In this document: piece after piece, positions 20,105 to 30,714 of the stretch
Layout: each line of letters begins with the position of its first letter
Numbering within the stretch: position 1 is the stretch's first letter
Assembly: GCA_963779755.1 (NCBI GenBank)
Contig: CAVZZO010000001.1
Coordinates: 1,856,001 to 1,920,000, forward strand
Source: an uncultured Gemmatimonadales bacterium
GTDB taxonomy: Bacteria > Gemmatimonadota > Gemmatimonadetes > Gemmatimonadales > GWC2-71-9
Length of the DNA stretch: 64,000 bases
Direction: 5' to 3'
Translations under genes and position numbers: made by a program
The notes under the pieces: model-generated
What the model was told of the DNA's origin: nothing
The model's input: only the letters and a program-made list of their open reading frames with translations
The model's database searches: none

Positions 20105-21424
20105 ATGCCGCTCGCCCTGGTAGGGATCAATCATCGGACCGCGCCACTCGCCTTGCGCGAGCGGCTCGCGCTGTCGGTTGGTGAGCAGCGCGCACTGCTG
20201 GAAAACCCCTCCGCCCGGGCGGTGGCGCGGCACGCAGGCCTGGCCGAGCTGGTGCTCCTCTCCACCTGCAATCGCACCGAACTGTACGCTGCCGCAGATC
20301 ACGCCGACCACCGCGTGGCCGAGGTGCCCCGGGGCATGCTCGAGTTGCTGGCGGGCGCCGGCGGGCTGGAGCCCGAAGCCCTGCTCCCCCACACCTATAT
20401 GCACGCCGGGATGGATGCGCTCCGGCACCTGTGCACCGTGGCCGCGGGGCTGGATTCGATGGTGCTGGGGGAGTCGGAGGTCCTGGGGCAGGTAAGCCAG
20501 GCGCACGAAGCCGCCGCGCGGGTGGGCAGTATCGGCCCGCTGCTGGAGGAAGCCTTCCGCAGCGCGGTGCGGGCCGGCCGCCGGGCCCGGACCGAGACCG
20601 GTATCTGCCGCCGCCCGGCCAGCGTGAGCAGCGAGGCGGTGCGGCTACTGGCCGATGTCGCCGGGGAGCTGCAGCACCTCCGGGTGCTCATCGTGGGGAC
20701 CGGCAAGATGGGGCGGCTGGCGGGCGAGGCGCTCCGCGCGCATGGCGCGCGCCGGCTGCGGGTGGTGAGCCGGACGTCGGAACACGCGGCGGCGCTGGCC
20801 GGACAATGGGGGGTGGACGCGCTGCCCTGGCACGACCTGGCCGGCGCCATCGCCACCGCCGACGCGGTGATCTGCTCCACCGGCGCGCCCCATGCGGTGA
20901 TTACCCGGGAGCTGGTGGAGCGGGCCCGGCGCACGCTACCCGCGGCCCGGCGTCAGATCTTCGTGGATATCGCGGTCCCGCGGGATGTGGAACCGATGGT
21001 AGCCGGCCTCGACGGGGTGGAAGTCTATGATCTGGATGCCCTGCAGGAGCGGCTGAACGGCAATCTCGAGCTGCGGCGGCGCGAAGTCCCTGCGGTGCAG
21101 GCCATTGTCGAGGAAGAACTGCGGCGTTTCGAGGAGTGGCGTCACGCCGCCGCCCTGCGTCCCCTGCTGACCGAGATGCATGCCCGGGGCGAGGCCATCC
21201 GGCGGCGCGAGGTCGAACGCATGCTCCGGCGCATGGGCCAGGTTCCACCCGAGCTGCAGGAGCAGCTCGAGGCCTTCTCCCGTTCGCTGGTCACCAAGCT
21301 GCTGCACGAACCTACCCGACGGCTTCGCCAGACGGTCAATCCCGAGGAAGTGCAGACCTACACCAGCATTACCCGCGAGCTGTTCGGTCTGGCCGGCCGG
21401 CCGGTCGACGACACCGCGGCATGA
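20105..21424 (+). CDS. hemA: Glutamyl-tRNA reductase
   Basis: GINHRTAP, LSTCNRTE (catalytic Cys), LDSMVLGESEVLGQV, DIAVPRD. Confidence 0.95.
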   Translation: MPLALVGINHRTAPLALRERLALSVGEQRALLENPSARAVARHAGLAELVLLSTCNRTELYAAADHADHRVAEVPRGMLELLAGAGGLEPEALLPHTYMHAGMDALRHLCTVAAGLDSMVLGESEVLGQVSQAHEAAARVGSIGPLLEEAFRSAVRAGRRARTETGICRRPASVSSEAVRLLADVAGELQHLRVLIVGTGKMGRLAGEALRAHGARRLRVVSRTSEHAAALAGQWGVDALPWHDLAGAIATADAVICSTGAPHAVITRELVERARRTLPAARRQIFVDIAVPRDVEPMVAGLDGVEVYDLDALQERLNGNLELRRREVPAVQAIVEEELRRFEEWRHAAALRPLLTEMHARGEAIRRREVERMLRRMGQVPPELQEQLEAFSRSLVTKLLHEPTRRLRQTVNPEEVQTYTSITRELFGLAGRPVDDTAA

Positions 21425-22338
21425 CCACCACCGCGCTGCTGCGCTGCGGCACCCGGGCCTCCGCCCTGGCGCGATGGCAGACCGGCCGGGTCGCCCACGC
21501 GCTGCGCGACCGGACCGGCGCCGCCTGCGAGACGATGCTGCTCTCGACCGAGGGCGACCGGCGGCTGGATATCCCGCTGCCGGAGATCGGCGGCAAGGGT
21601 GTCTTCACCCAGGAGCTGGAAGCGGCCCTGCGCGAGGGCAGCATCGATTTCGCCGTGCATTCGCTCAAGGACCTGCCCATCGAGCCGGCCGACGGTCTGA
21701 CCCTGGCGGCGGTACTGCTGCGGGACGATGCCCGCGACGTGCTGATCGCCCCGGCCGGCGCCTCGCTGGCCTCGCTGCCGCGGGGGGCGCGCGTCGGTAC
21801 CTCCAGCACCCGGCGCGTGGCGCAGCTGCGGGCCGCCCGGCCCGATCTCACCATCCTGCCGCTGCGCGGAAACGTTGACAGCCGGGTGCGCAAGCAGCGG
21901 GACGGCGAGTACGAGGCGATCGTCATCGCCGCCGCCGGCGTGCGCCGGCTGGGCCTGGCCGGCGCCATTGCCGAGTATCTGCCCTGCGAGTTGATGCTGC
22001 CGGCGCCGGGGCAAGGGGCGCTGGCGGTTCAGTGCCGCGCGGACGATCACCGTACCCGCGAACTCCTGGCCGTTCTGGATGAGGCGCCGGTCCGGGCCGC
22101 CACCGGGGCGGAGCGCGCCTTCCTCGAGGCGCTGGGCGGCGGCTGCGCGGCGCCGGTGGCGGCCCTGGCCGAACCGGCCGTCCGGGAGGGCGAGTACCGG
22201 CTGCGCTGTCTGGTGGCATCCCCGGATGGGGCCCGGGTGCTGCGGGTCGAGGGCCACGCCCCGGTGGACGGGCTCACGCCGCTGGCGCTGCGACTGGCGG
22301 AACAGGTAATCGCCCAGGGCGGACGGGAACTGCTGTGA
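21421..22338 (+). CDS. hemC: Hydroxymethylbilane synthase
   Basis: GTRASALARWQ, GGKGVFTQELE, VHSLKDLP, LRGNVDSR, GGCAAPV. Confidence 0.96.
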   Translation: MTTTALLRCGTRASALARWQTGRVAHALRDRTGAACETMLLSTEGDRRLDIPLPEIGGKGVFTQELEAALREGSIDFAVHSLKDLPIEPADGLTLAAVLLRDDARDVLIAPAGASLASLPRGARVGTSSTRRVAQLRAARPDLTILPLRGNVDSRVRKQRDGEYEAIVIAAAGVRRLGLAGAIAEYLPCELMLPAPGQGALAVQCRADDHRTRELLAVLDEAPVRAATGAERAFLEALGGGCAAPVAALAEPAVREGEYRLRCLVASPDGARVLRVEGHAPVDGLTPLALRLAEQVIAQGGRELL

Positions 22339-23123
22339 TGACTGCCCTCGCCGGCCGCCGGGTGCTGGTCACCCGCCCGCAGATGGCGGACGACCCGCTG
22401 GTGCGGGCGCTGCGCGAGCGCGGCGCCGAGCCGGTGCTGCTGCCCACCATTGACATCCAGCCCATGGAAGATCCGGGGCCGCTGGATGCCGCGCTGGCCG
22501 CATTGGACTCGTACGACTGGATCGTCTTCACCAGCGGCAACGGGGTGGCGGTGTTCTTCGACCGGCTGGAGCAGCGGGGCCAGCGTCTGGCCGAATCGGT
22601 GCGGCTGGCGGTGGTCGGCAGCGCCACGGCCCGGGCGCTGGAGGCGCGGGGCGCGCGGGCCGATTTCATCCCCTCGGCCTATGTGGGCGCCCGGCTGGGC
22701 TGGGAGCTGCCCGACGTCTCCGGCCGCCGGGTGCTGCTGGCCCGCGCCGCGATTGCGCGGGAGGACCTGGCCGCCATTCTGTCCGGCCGCGGTGCCCTGG
22801 TGGATGATGTCCCGGTTTACGACACCCTGCCCACGCTGCCCGATCCCGCGGGGCTCGCCGCCCTGGAGGGCCGCGCGGTGACGGCGGTGACGTTTACCAG
22901 CGCATCGACCGCCCGGAATTTCGCAGCCCTGCTGGGTTGCCGCGCGGCTCCGCTGCTCGCCGGGGTGGTGGTTGCCTGCATCGGGCCGGTGACCTCCGAC
23001 GAGGCCCGCGGGCTGGGATTCCCGGTCCATGTGGAACCACGCGAACACACTATCCCCGCCCTGGTGGACGCGCTGGAAGCGCATCTGGCCGGCGGGGCTG
23101 CCACGGAAGGCCTGACGTCATGA
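22338..23123 (+). CDS. hemD: Uroporphyrinogen-III synthase
   Basis: VLVTRP, WIVFTSGNGV, FTSASTA, CIGPVT. Confidence 0.92.
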   Translation: MTALAGRRVLVTRPQMADDPLVRALRERGAEPVLLPTIDIQPMEDPGPLDAALAALDSYDWIVFTSGNGVAVFFDRLEQRGQRLAESVRLAVVGSATARALEARGARADFIPSAYVGARLGWELPDVSGRRVLLARAAIAREDLAAILSGRGALVDDVPVYDTLPTLPDPAGLAALEGRAVTAVTFTSASTARNFAALLGCRAAPLLAGVVVACIGPVTSDEARGLGFPVHVEPREHTIPALVDALEAHLAGGAATEGLTS

Positions 23124-24124
23124 TTCGCCGTCCCCGCCGACTCCGGCTCAACTCCGCCATGCGCGGTCTCGTGCGCGAGACCAGGCTGTCGGCGTCGGAT
23201 TTCATCTATCCGCTGTTCATTACCGCCGCCTCCGACCAGCCGCGGCCGATCGGCTCCATGCCGGGCATAACGCAGTGGCCGGTGGATCGTGTGGCCGCCG
23301 AAGCACAAGCCGCCGCCGATCTCGGCATACCGGCGGTCCTGCTGTTCGGCATTCCCGCGGCCAAGGACCCGTCCGGGACCGATGCCTACGCGCCGGAGGG
23401 AGTGGTGCAGCAGGCGATTCGCGCCATCAAGCGGGCAGTCCCCGGGCTGCTGGTGATCGGTGACGTCTGCCTCTGCGAGTACACCGACCACGGCCACTGC
23501 GGGCTGCTGAACGGATCCTCGCCGGCGCTGAGCCGGGACGACCTGCCGCAGGGCTACGTCCTCAATGACGAGAGCGTGGAGCTGCTGGGGCGGATCGCCG
23601 TGGCCCAGGCCGAGGCGGGCGTGGACATTGTGGCGCCCTCGGCCATGCTCGACGGCATGGTGGCCGGTATCCGCCAGGCGCTGGACGGCCGCGGGTTCAC
23701 CCACATTCCGATCATGTCGTACTCGGCCAAGTTCGCCTCGGGCTTCTACGGCCCGTTCCGCGATGCGGCCGAGGGCGCGCCGAAGGAGGGCGACCGCTCC
23801 AGCCACCAGATGGATCCCGCCAATGTGCGCGAGGCCCTGAAGGAGAGCGCGCTGGACGTGGACGAGGGCGCCGACATGCTCATGGTGAAGCCCGCGCTGG
23901 CCTATCTCGACATCATCAGTGCGACCCGTGCCCGGTTCCCCGACCTGCCGCTCGCGGCCTACAACGTGAGCGGGGAGTACTCGCTGGTGAAAGCCGGAGC
24001 CCAGGCCGGATTCCTGGACGAGCGCCGGGCGGTGCTGGAGATCCTGACCGGCATCCGCCGGGCCGGCGCCGACCTGATCATCACCTATCACGCGAAGGAC
24101 GCCGCCCGCTGGCTCCAGGGCTGA
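23120..24124 (+). CDS. hemB: Porphobilinogen synthase (Zn-type)
   Basis: RRPRRLR, DVCLCEYTDHGHCG, MVKPAL, AYNVSGEY. Confidence 0.97.
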   Translation: MIRRPRRLRLNSAMRGLVRETRLSASDFIYPLFITAASDQPRPIGSMPGITQWPVDRVAAEAQAAADLGIPAVLLFGIPAAKDPSGTDAYAPEGVVQQAIRAIKRAVPGLLVIGDVCLCEYTDHGHCGLLNGSSPALSRDDLPQGYVLNDESVELLGRIAVAQAEAGVDIVAPSAMLDGMVAGIRQALDGRGFTHIPIMSYSAKFASGFYGPFRDAAEGAPKEGDRSSHQMDPANVREALKESALDVDEGADMLMVKPALAYLDIISATRARFPDLPLAAYNVSGEYSLVKAGAQAGFLDERRAVLEILTGIRRAGADLIITYHAKDAARWLQG

Positions 24125-24147
24125 GCGCGGCGGCGGAGGGACGACAC

Positions 24148-24837
24148 GTGCCGGAACAGACTCCTCAGACGTTCAACCATTTTTCCCTGGTGCGCTTCAG
24201 CGCCGAGTACTGGCGCGAGGCGCCGGAGGCGCGGCGGCGCCTGCTCTGCGGCTGGCTGGGGCGGCTCCGCGACCGCATGGATGCGTTGCACCTCTACCAG
24301 CTCTTCGGGGTGGAACAGGGGAGCGATCTACTGGTCTGGTCGGCCCTGGCGGGCGACGATCCGGGCATTCCCGCCCGGTTCTTCGCCGAGTACGGGGGGG
24401 CGGCTCTGCCCTATCGACGCTATCTGGAACTGGGGACTGCGCTCTGGGGTTTCACCCGGCCCTCGCAGTACACCAAGACCCGCTCCACCCAGGAGCTGGA
24501 TCCGTTCGCCGCCGGGCGCCGGCCCTACCTGGTGATGTACCCGTTCACCAAGACCTCCGCCTGGTACCAGCTGCCGCGGGAAGAGCGGCACGGCATGATG
24601 ATGGAGCACATCAAGGTGGGGAAACAGTATCCCGACATCACCCAGCTGCTGCTGTACTCCACCGGACTGCAGGACCAGGAATTCGTGGTGGTCTACGAGA
24701 CCGACGACCTGCTCCGCTTCTCCGGCCTGGTGACCGATCTGCGCAGCACCCTGGCCCGGCCCCATACCGAGCGCGACACGCCGCTGCACACCGCGGTGTA
24801 CCAGCCCGACATGGACGCGCTCTACCAATGGCTCTGA
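24148..24837 (+). CDS. chdC: Coproheme decarboxylase (HemQ/ChdC, chlorite dismutase-like family)
   Basis: YPFTK motif, WYQL..EER..MM.EH (proximal His), STGL.DQEFVV, no signal peptide, heme-operon context. Confidence 0.82.
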   Translation: MPEQTPQTFNHFSLVRFSAEYWREAPEARRRLLCGWLGRLRDRMDALHLYQLFGVEQGSDLLVWSALAGDDPGIPARFFAEYGGAALPYRRYLELGTALWGFTRPSQYTKTRSTQELDPFAAGRRPYLVMYPFTKTSAWYQLPREERHGMMMEHIKVGKQYPDITQLLLYSTGLQDQEFVVVYETDDLLRFSGLVTDLRSTLARPHTERDTPLHTAVYQPDMDALYQWL

Positions 24838-25871
24838 CCGCGTCCGGTACCGCACCCCTGCTCGCGGCCGCCCGCGGCGAGCCGACCTCGCATACCCCGG
24901 TCTGGTTCATGCGCCAGGCGGGCCGCTATCTGCCCGAGTACCGGGCCATCCGGGAGCGCCACACGCTGCTGGAGATCGTCGCCCAGCCCGAGCTGGCGGC
25001 GGAGGTCACGCTCCAGCCGGTGCGCCGGCTGGGGGTGGACGCGGCCATTCTCTTCGCCGACATCCTGTTGCCGCTGGTACCGATGGGGCTCGACCTGGCC
25101 TTCGAGAAGGGTGAAGGGCCGGTGATCCGGAATCCGGTGCGCGCTGCGACCGATGTCGCCCGGCTGGCCCCGGTGGATGTGGCGGATGCCCTGGGATCGG
25201 TGCTCGAGGCGATCCGGCTGGTGCGCCGGGAACTGGACGAGGCGGTGCCGCTCATCGGGTTCGCCGGCGCGCCGTTCACCGTGGCCTGCTACGCCATCGA
25301 GGGCGGCTCCTCACGCAACTTTCTCGAAGCCAAGCAACTCATGTACGGCGCGCCCGATATCTGGCACGCCTTCATGACCCGCCTGGTGACGGTGCTGGGC
25401 GACTACCTCGCGGCGCAGGCGGCGGCGGGCGCCCAGGCCCTGCAGGTCTTCGACAGCTGGGCCGGCGCGCTGAGCCCGGACGACTACCGTCGCTACGTGC
25501 TGCCGTATTCGCGCCGCCTCTTTCAACGGCTGGAGACGCTGGGCGTGCCCACCATTCACTTCGGAGTGGATACCTCCACCCTGCTGGAGCTGCTGGCGGA
25601 AGCCGGCGGCGATGTCATCGGGCTCGACTGGCGCCTCCCGCTCGACCTGGGGTGGCAACGGATCGGCGGGCGGGCGGTGCAGGGGAACCTGGACCCTGCG
25701 GCGCTGTTTGCCCCGCGGGCCGAGCTCGCCGCCCGGGTGGTGGACATTCTCGACCGCGCGGCGGGCCGCCCGGGCCACATCTTCAACCTCGGGCACGGGC
25801 TGCTGCCCGGCACGCCGGTGGATGCGGTGCGGGCGGTGGTGGATCTGGTGCACGAGCGGACCGCGCGATGA
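24828..25871 (+). CDS. hemE: Uroporphyrinogen decarboxylase
   Basis: PVWFMRQAGRYLPEY, AILFADIL, IGFAGAPFT, HIFNLGHG. Confidence 0.97.
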   Translation: MALTASGTAPLLAAARGEPTSHTPVWFMRQAGRYLPEYRAIRERHTLLEIVAQPELAAEVTLQPVRRLGVDAAILFADILLPLVPMGLDLAFEKGEGPVIRNPVRAATDVARLAPVDVADALGSVLEAIRLVRRELDEAVPLIGFAGAPFTVACYAIEGGSSRNFLEAKQLMYGAPDIWHAFMTRLVTVLGDYLAAQAAAGAQALQVFDSWAGALSPDDYRRYVLPYSRRLFQRLETLGVPTIHFGVDTSTLLELLAEAGGDVIGLDWRLPLDLGWQRIGGRAVQGNLDPAALFAPRAELAARVVDILDRAAGRPGHIFNLGHGLLPGTPVDAVRAVVDLVHERTAR

Positions 25872-26794
25872 GCGGCCGGCCCACCGGCGTCCTGGTGATG
25901 GCCTACGGCGGCCCCTCGCGGCTGGCGGAGGTCGAACCCTATCTCATGGACGTGCGGGGATTCCGGCCCACGCCGCCCACCGTGGTGGAAGAGGTGCGCC
26001 GGCGCTATGAGGCGATCGGCGGGCGGTCGCCCATCCTGGAGCGCACCCGGGCGCAGGCCCGGGCGCTGGAGGCAGCGCTCAACAGCAACGGAAACCGCTT
26101 CTCCGCCGCCGTCGGCATGCGGCACTGGACCCCCTACATCCGCGACGCTCTGGCGGAGCTGCAGGCAGCGGACATCTCCCGGGCGGTGGGCGTGGTGATG
26201 GCGCCGCACTACTCGCGCATGAGCATCGATGCCTACTACCGCAAGGTGCGGGAGGCGGGGATCGCCATCGAGATCGCGCCTATCGAAGAGTGGCACCTCC
26301 TCCCCGGCTACCTCGAGGCGCTGGCGGCGCGGGTGCGCCAGGCACTGGAACGGTTCCCGGCCGCGGGGCGCGACGGCATCCCCGTCATCTTCACGGCCCA
26401 CAGCCTGCCCCGGCGGATCCTCGAATGGGACGATCCCTACCCGGGCCAGCTCGAGGCCACCATGCGCGCGGTGCTGGACCGGCTGGGCGACCGGCCGCAC
26501 CGGTTTGCCTACCAGTCGGCCGCCATGACGGGCGATCCCTGGCTCGGCCCCGACGCCGGCGACGTGCTCGAGGAGCTGGCGGCGGAGGGATATCGTGCCG
26601 CGGTGCTCGCGCCGGTCGGGTTTACCTGCGAGCATGTCGAGGTGCTGTACGACGTGGACATCGAGCTGCAGCGCCGGGCCGGCGAGTTGGGCGTGCGGCT
26701 GGAACGGGTCGACATGGTGAACGACGATCCCGGCATGATGGCCGGCCTCGCCGATCTGGTGCGGCAGACCGCCGCGGCAAGAGGCTGGATATGA
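25868..26794 (+). CDS. hemH: Ferrochelatase, probably coproporphyrin III ferrochelatase (CpfC)
   Basis: MAYGGP, RYEAIGGRSPI, FTAHSLP, YQSA...PWLGPD, HVEVLYDVD. Confidence 0.93.
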   Translation: MSGRPTGVLVMAYGGPSRLAEVEPYLMDVRGFRPTPPTVVEEVRRRYEAIGGRSPILERTRAQARALEAALNSNGNRFSAAVGMRHWTPYIRDALAELQAADISRAVGVVMAPHYSRMSIDAYYRKVREAGIAIEIAPIEEWHLLPGYLEALAARVRQALERFPAAGRDGIPVIFTAHSLPRRILEWDDPYPGQLEATMRAVLDRLGDRPHRFAYQSAAMTGDPWLGPDAGDVLEELAAEGYRAAVLAPVGFTCEHVEVLYDVDIELQRRAGELGVRLERVDMVNDDPGMMAGLADLVRQTAAARGWI

Positions 26795-28194
26795 CCGAGC
26801 GGGTGCGGGCCGCCATCGTGGGCGGGGGGATCACCGGACTGGCGGCCGCCCTGCGGCTCTCCGGCCGGCTCGAGGCGGGCCGCCTGCTCCTGCTGGAGTC
26901 CGACGGCCGCCTGGGCGGGAAGATTACCACCGAACGCCACAACGGCCTGGTCATCGAGGGCGGCCCCGACTGCTTTCTGGCCATGAAACCCGGTGGGATG
27001 GCCCTCTGCCGCGAACTGGGCATGGCGGACCGGCTGCGCGGGACCAATCCGGCCTTTCGCCGGACCTACATCCGGCGCGGCGGCCGGCTGCACCAGCTGC
27101 CCGAGGGCCTCTCCGGCCTGGTACCCTCGCGGCTGGGGCCGCTGCTCCGGACCTCGCTGCTCTCGCCTTGGGGGCGGCTGCGCGCCGGACTGGAGCTGCT
27201 GGTGCCGCGCGCCGGAGCGGGCGAGGAGAGCATCGCGCAGTTCGTGAGCCGGCGCTTCGGCCGCGAGGCCTACGACTGGCTGGTGGAGCCGCTGCTCTCG
27301 GGGATCTACGCCGGCGACGGCCGGCAGCTCAGCCTGTCGGCGACCTTCCCCCAGTTGATCCAGATCGAGCGGGAGCACGGGAGCGTCGTCCGCCACATGA
27401 TGCACAACCGGCTGCGGGCGCGGAACGCCCCGTCCGCCGGCCCCGGGTTCGTCACTCCGGCCGGCGGCCTGGGGGAACTGGTCGAACAGATCACCCGGCG
27501 GCTGCCCGCCGGGACCGTCCGCACCGGCGCGGGGGTGACCGCCATCGAGCGCGGTCCCGATGGGTACCATCTCTTCCTGGCCGACGGCGGCAGGATCGGG
27601 GCCGACCAGGTGATGCTGGCCACGCCGGCCTGGGCCAGCGCCGACATGCTGCGCGACCTGGCGCCCTCCCTGGCGGGTGAGCTGGCCGGCATTCCCTACG
27701 TGGCGAGCGCCACCGTATCGCTGGCCTTCCCCGCCGGGCAGATCACGCGGCCGCTGGACGGCTACGGCTACGTCTCGCCCCGGGCGGAAGGCGGCGACAT
27801 TGTCGCCTGCACCTGGACCAGCAACAAGTTCCCCGACCGGGTGCCGCCCGATCAGGTGCTGGTGCGGTTCTTCGTCGGGCGCGCCGGCCGGGAGGAGATC
27901 GTCGCGGCGGACGACGCCACGATCCTGGCGCTGGTACGCGGCGAGCTGGAACGGGTCTCCGGCATCACCGCCGAGCCGTCGGTCAGCCGCATCTTCCGCT
28001 GGACCCGCGGCATGCCGCAGTATCATGTCGGTCATCGCGCCCGGCTGGAGCGGATCGATCAGCATCTGCGGAAACTCCCCGGCCTGCTGCTGGCCGGCAG
28101 CGCCTATCGCGGCGCCGGGATCCCCGACTGCATCAGCCAGGGCTGGGAGGCGGCCGACCGCATCCTCGCGTCGGCCGGGGCGGTGGCCGCATGA
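26791..28194 (+). CDS. hemY: Coproporphyrinogen/protoporphyrinogen oxidase (HemY/CgoX)
   Basis: [48 protein letters not shown]. Confidence 0.93.
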   Translation: MTERVRAAIVGGGITGLAAALRLSGRLEAGRLLLLESDGRLGGKITTERHNGLVIEGGPDCFLAMKPGGMALCRELGMADRLRGTNPAFRRTYIRRGGRLHQLPEGLSGLVPSRLGPLLRTSLLSPWGRLRAGLELLVPRAGAGEESIAQFVSRRFGREAYDWLVEPLLSGIYAGDGRQLSLSATFPQLIQIEREHGSVVRHMMHNRLRARNAPSAGPGFVTPAGGLGELVEQITRRLPAGTVRTGAGVTAIERGPDGYHLFLADGGRIGADQVMLATPAWASADMLRDLAPSLAGELAGIPYVASATVSLAFPAGQITRPLDGYGYVSPRAEGGDIVACTWTSNKFPDRVPPDQVLVRFFVGRAGREEIVAADDATILALVRGELERVSGITAEPSVSRIFRWTRGMPQYHVGHRARLERIDQHLRKLPGLLLAGSAYRGAGIPDCISQGWEAADRILASAGAVAA

Positions 28195-29492
28195 CCACCG
28201 GCACCGAGAGCCGCTCCGCCGCCCTGTTCCGCGACGCGCAGGATCTGCTGCCCGGCGGCGTGGACTCGCCGGTCCGCGCCTTTCGCGCCGTGGGCGGCGA
28301 CCCGCTGTTCATCGCGGGCGGGGAAGGCGCCTGGCTGGAGGATGCCGACGGCCGCCGGTACGTGGACTACGTGCTCTCCTGGGGGCCGCTCATGCTGGGG
28401 CACGCCCCGCCGGCGGTGGTGGCGGCGATCGCGGCGGCGGCGGCCCGGGGCACCAGTTTCGGTGCCCCGACGGAGCGGGAGCTGGAGCTGGCCCGGCTGG
28501 TGCAGCAGTTCTTCCCCTCGCTCGAGCTGCTGCGCTTCGTGAACTCGGGCACCGAGGCCACGATGAGCGCCCTGCGGGTGGCCCGGGCGTTCACGGGCCG
28601 CGCCCGGATTCTCAAGTTCGAGGGCTGCTACCACGGCCACGCCGATTCCCTGCTGGTGAAGGCCGGCTCGGGGGTGGCGACCCTGGGGCTGCCCGATTCC
28701 CCCGGGGTTCCCCCGGGCACCGCGGCCGATACCCTGGTGACGCCCTACAACGACCTGGCCGCGGTGGAGCGGCTCTTCGCCCGGCAGGGATCGGAGATCG
28801 CTGCCGTCATCGTCGAGCCGGTGGCGGGCAACATGGGAGTGGTGCCGCCCGCCGAGGGCTTTCTCGAGGGGCTCCGGCGCATCACCCGCGCCGCGGGTTC
28901 GTTGCTCATCTTCGACGAGGTCATGTGCGGCTTCCGGGTGCATCCCGGCGGTGCCCAGGCGCTGTACGGTATCACGCCGGACCTCACGACGCTGGGCAAG
29001 GTCATCGGGGGCGGTCTGCCGGTCGGAGCCTATGGCGGCCGGCGCGACATCATGCGCCTGGTGGCGCCGGCGGGGCCGGTGTATCAGGCGGGAACCCTCT
29101 CCGGCAACCCTCTGGCCATGGCCGCCGGCATCGCTTCGCTGGCGGAGCTGGCCCGGCCGGGTGTCTGGGAGGGCATCGCCGGCCGGGCCGCCGAGCTGGA
29201 GCGGCGGCTGGCGGGGCGGGCCCGGACGGCCGAAGTGCCGGTACGGATCAATCGCGTGGGCACCATGCTGACGGTGTTCTTCTCCCGGCAGCCCGTGACC
29301 GACTGGGCCAGTGCCAGCGCCTGCGATACCGCGCGGTTCGGCCGCTTCTTCCGCGCGCTGCTGGATGAAGGCGTCTACTGGGTGCCGTCCCAGTTCGAAG
29401 CGGCATTTCTCTCGGCAGCCCACGGGGACGCCGAGCTCGACCTGACCGATGCGGCCGCCGCGAAGGCGTTTGCGGCCCTGGAGGAATCCTGA
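28191..29492 (+). CDS. hemL: Glutamate-1-semialdehyde 2,1-aminomutase
   Basis: [46 protein letters not shown]. Confidence 0.97.
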   Translation: MTTGTESRSAALFRDAQDLLPGGVDSPVRAFRAVGGDPLFIAGGEGAWLEDADGRRYVDYVLSWGPLMLGHAPPAVVAAIAAAAARGTSFGAPTERELELARLVQQFFPSLELLRFVNSGTEATMSALRVARAFTGRARILKFEGCYHGHADSLLVKAGSGVATLGLPDSPGVPPGTAADTLVTPYNDLAAVERLFARQGSEIAAVIVEPVAGNMGVVPPAEGFLEGLRRITRAAGSLLIFDEVMCGFRVHPGGAQALYGITPDLTTLGKVIGGGLPVGAYGGRRDIMRLVAPAGPVYQAGTLSGNPLAMAAGIASLAELARPGVWEGIAGRAAELERRLAGRARTAEVPVRINRVGTMLTVFFSRQPVTDWASASACDTARFGRFFRALLDEGVYWVPSQFEAAFLSAAHGDAELDLTDAAAAKAFAALEES

Positions 29493-29494
29493 TC

Positions 29495-30586
29495 ATGATG
29501 CCCGAGGCGACTATCGCGGGGGAGCAGTATCCGGGATACATCTTCGACGCCGCGCCCAGGAACGTCTACTGGGAAATGACCATTGCCTGCGACCTGGCGT
29601 GCCAGCACTGCCGGGCCAATGCCATATGTCATCGCGATCCGCGCGAGCTCAGCACCGAGGAGGGCAAGGCGCTGCTGCGCGAGATCAAGGCCATGGGCAG
29701 CCTGTTGATCCTGACCGGCGGCGACCCCATGAAGCGCCCCGATCTCTTCGAACTGATCGCCTACGGCCGGGGCCTGGGGATGCCGGTGTCGATTACGCCG
29801 AGTACCACGCCGACCCTCACCGAAGCGGCCATCGCGCAGTTCCGGGACCTGGGTGTTGCCGCCCTGGGCATCAGTCTGGACGGCCCCAGCGCTGCGATCC
29901 ACGATGCCTTCCGGGGTGTGCCGGGGACGTTCCAGCGCTCCATGGACGCGCTGGGCTGGGCCCGGCAATACAAGCTGCCGGTGCAGGTGAACACCACCGT
30001 CACCCGGGAGACGCTGCCGCATCTGCCCCGGATGCTGGAAGTGCTGAAGGCCCAGCCGGCGGTGCGCCGCTGGAGCCTGTTCCTGCTGGTCCCCGTGGGC
30101 CGGGGCGAAGACCTCGGCATCCCCAGCGCGGAAGACATCGAGCAGCTCTTTGCCTGGGTGTACGAGGCGGGAGAAGCCGCGCCCTTCCACGTGCGCACCG
30201 TCGAGGCGCCGCACTACCGCCGCTACTGGATCGAGCGCAAGCTGGCCGGCGGTATGCCGCGTGAGGCGCTGGTCCAGGCCGGCAAGCGCATGGGCTTCGG
30301 TATCCGCGACGGCAACGGCATCATCTTCGTGTCCCACCAGGGCGAGGTCTTTCCCGCCGGCTTCCTGCCGGCCCCGCTGCTGGGAAACGTGCGCGAACGC
30401 CCGCTCTCGGAGATCTACCGCGATCACCCGGAGCTGCGCGCCCTGCGGAACATGGATGCGCTGACCGGCAAGTGCGGCGGGTGTGAGTACCGCTGGGTCT
30501 GCGGCGGCTCGCGGGCACGGGCCTACTCGATGACGGGCGATCTCCTCGGGTCCGACCCGTTCTGTGCCTACCAGCCGGCGGCGTAA
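29495..30586 (+). CDS. Radical SAM/SPASM protein of the NirJ/AhbD-like group
   Basis: WE.T.ACDLACQHCRA (CxxxCxxC), TGGDP, APHYRR, C-terminal CGGCEY...CGGSRARA...DPFC. Confidence 0.85.
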   Translation: MMPEATIAGEQYPGYIFDAAPRNVYWEMTIACDLACQHCRANAICHRDPRELSTEEGKALLREIKAMGSLLILTGGDPMKRPDLFELIAYGRGLGMPVSITPSTTPTLTEAAIAQFRDLGVAALGISLDGPSAAIHDAFRGVPGTFQRSMDALGWARQYKLPVQVNTTVTRETLPHLPRMLEVLKAQPAVRRWSLFLLVPVGRGEDLGIPSAEDIEQLFAWVYEAGEAAPFHVRTVEAPHYRRYWIERKLAGGMPREALVQAGKRMGFGIRDGNGIIFVSHQGEVFPAGFLPAPLLGNVRERPLSEIYRDHPELRALRNMDALTGKCGGCEYRWVCGGSRARAYSMTGDLLGSDPFCAYQPAA

Positions 30587-30597
30587 CCGCGCCCCGG

Positions 30598-30633
30598 GTG
30601 GCGTGGAGCCCTGTGCTCCACGCCACAGTTTTT
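30598..30633 (+). terminator. Intrinsic terminator closing the heme operon
   Basis: GTGGCGTGGAGC-CCTGT-GCTCCACGCCAC (12-bp perfect stem) followed by AGTTTTT. Confidence 0.75.
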
Positions 30634-30714
30634 CGCCGGCCTTTTCCCCACATTGGATCCGTCATCCGGCTCATGAGTTGAGCACGGCGATCGCTGGGTC
30701 CAATGGAGGAGAGC

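Noticed and set aside
24148..24837. Chlorite dismutase (chlorate respiration)
   Set aside because: No signal peptide, no evident distal Arg in QLLLYSTG, a YPFTK motif and heme-operon context all favour ChdC.
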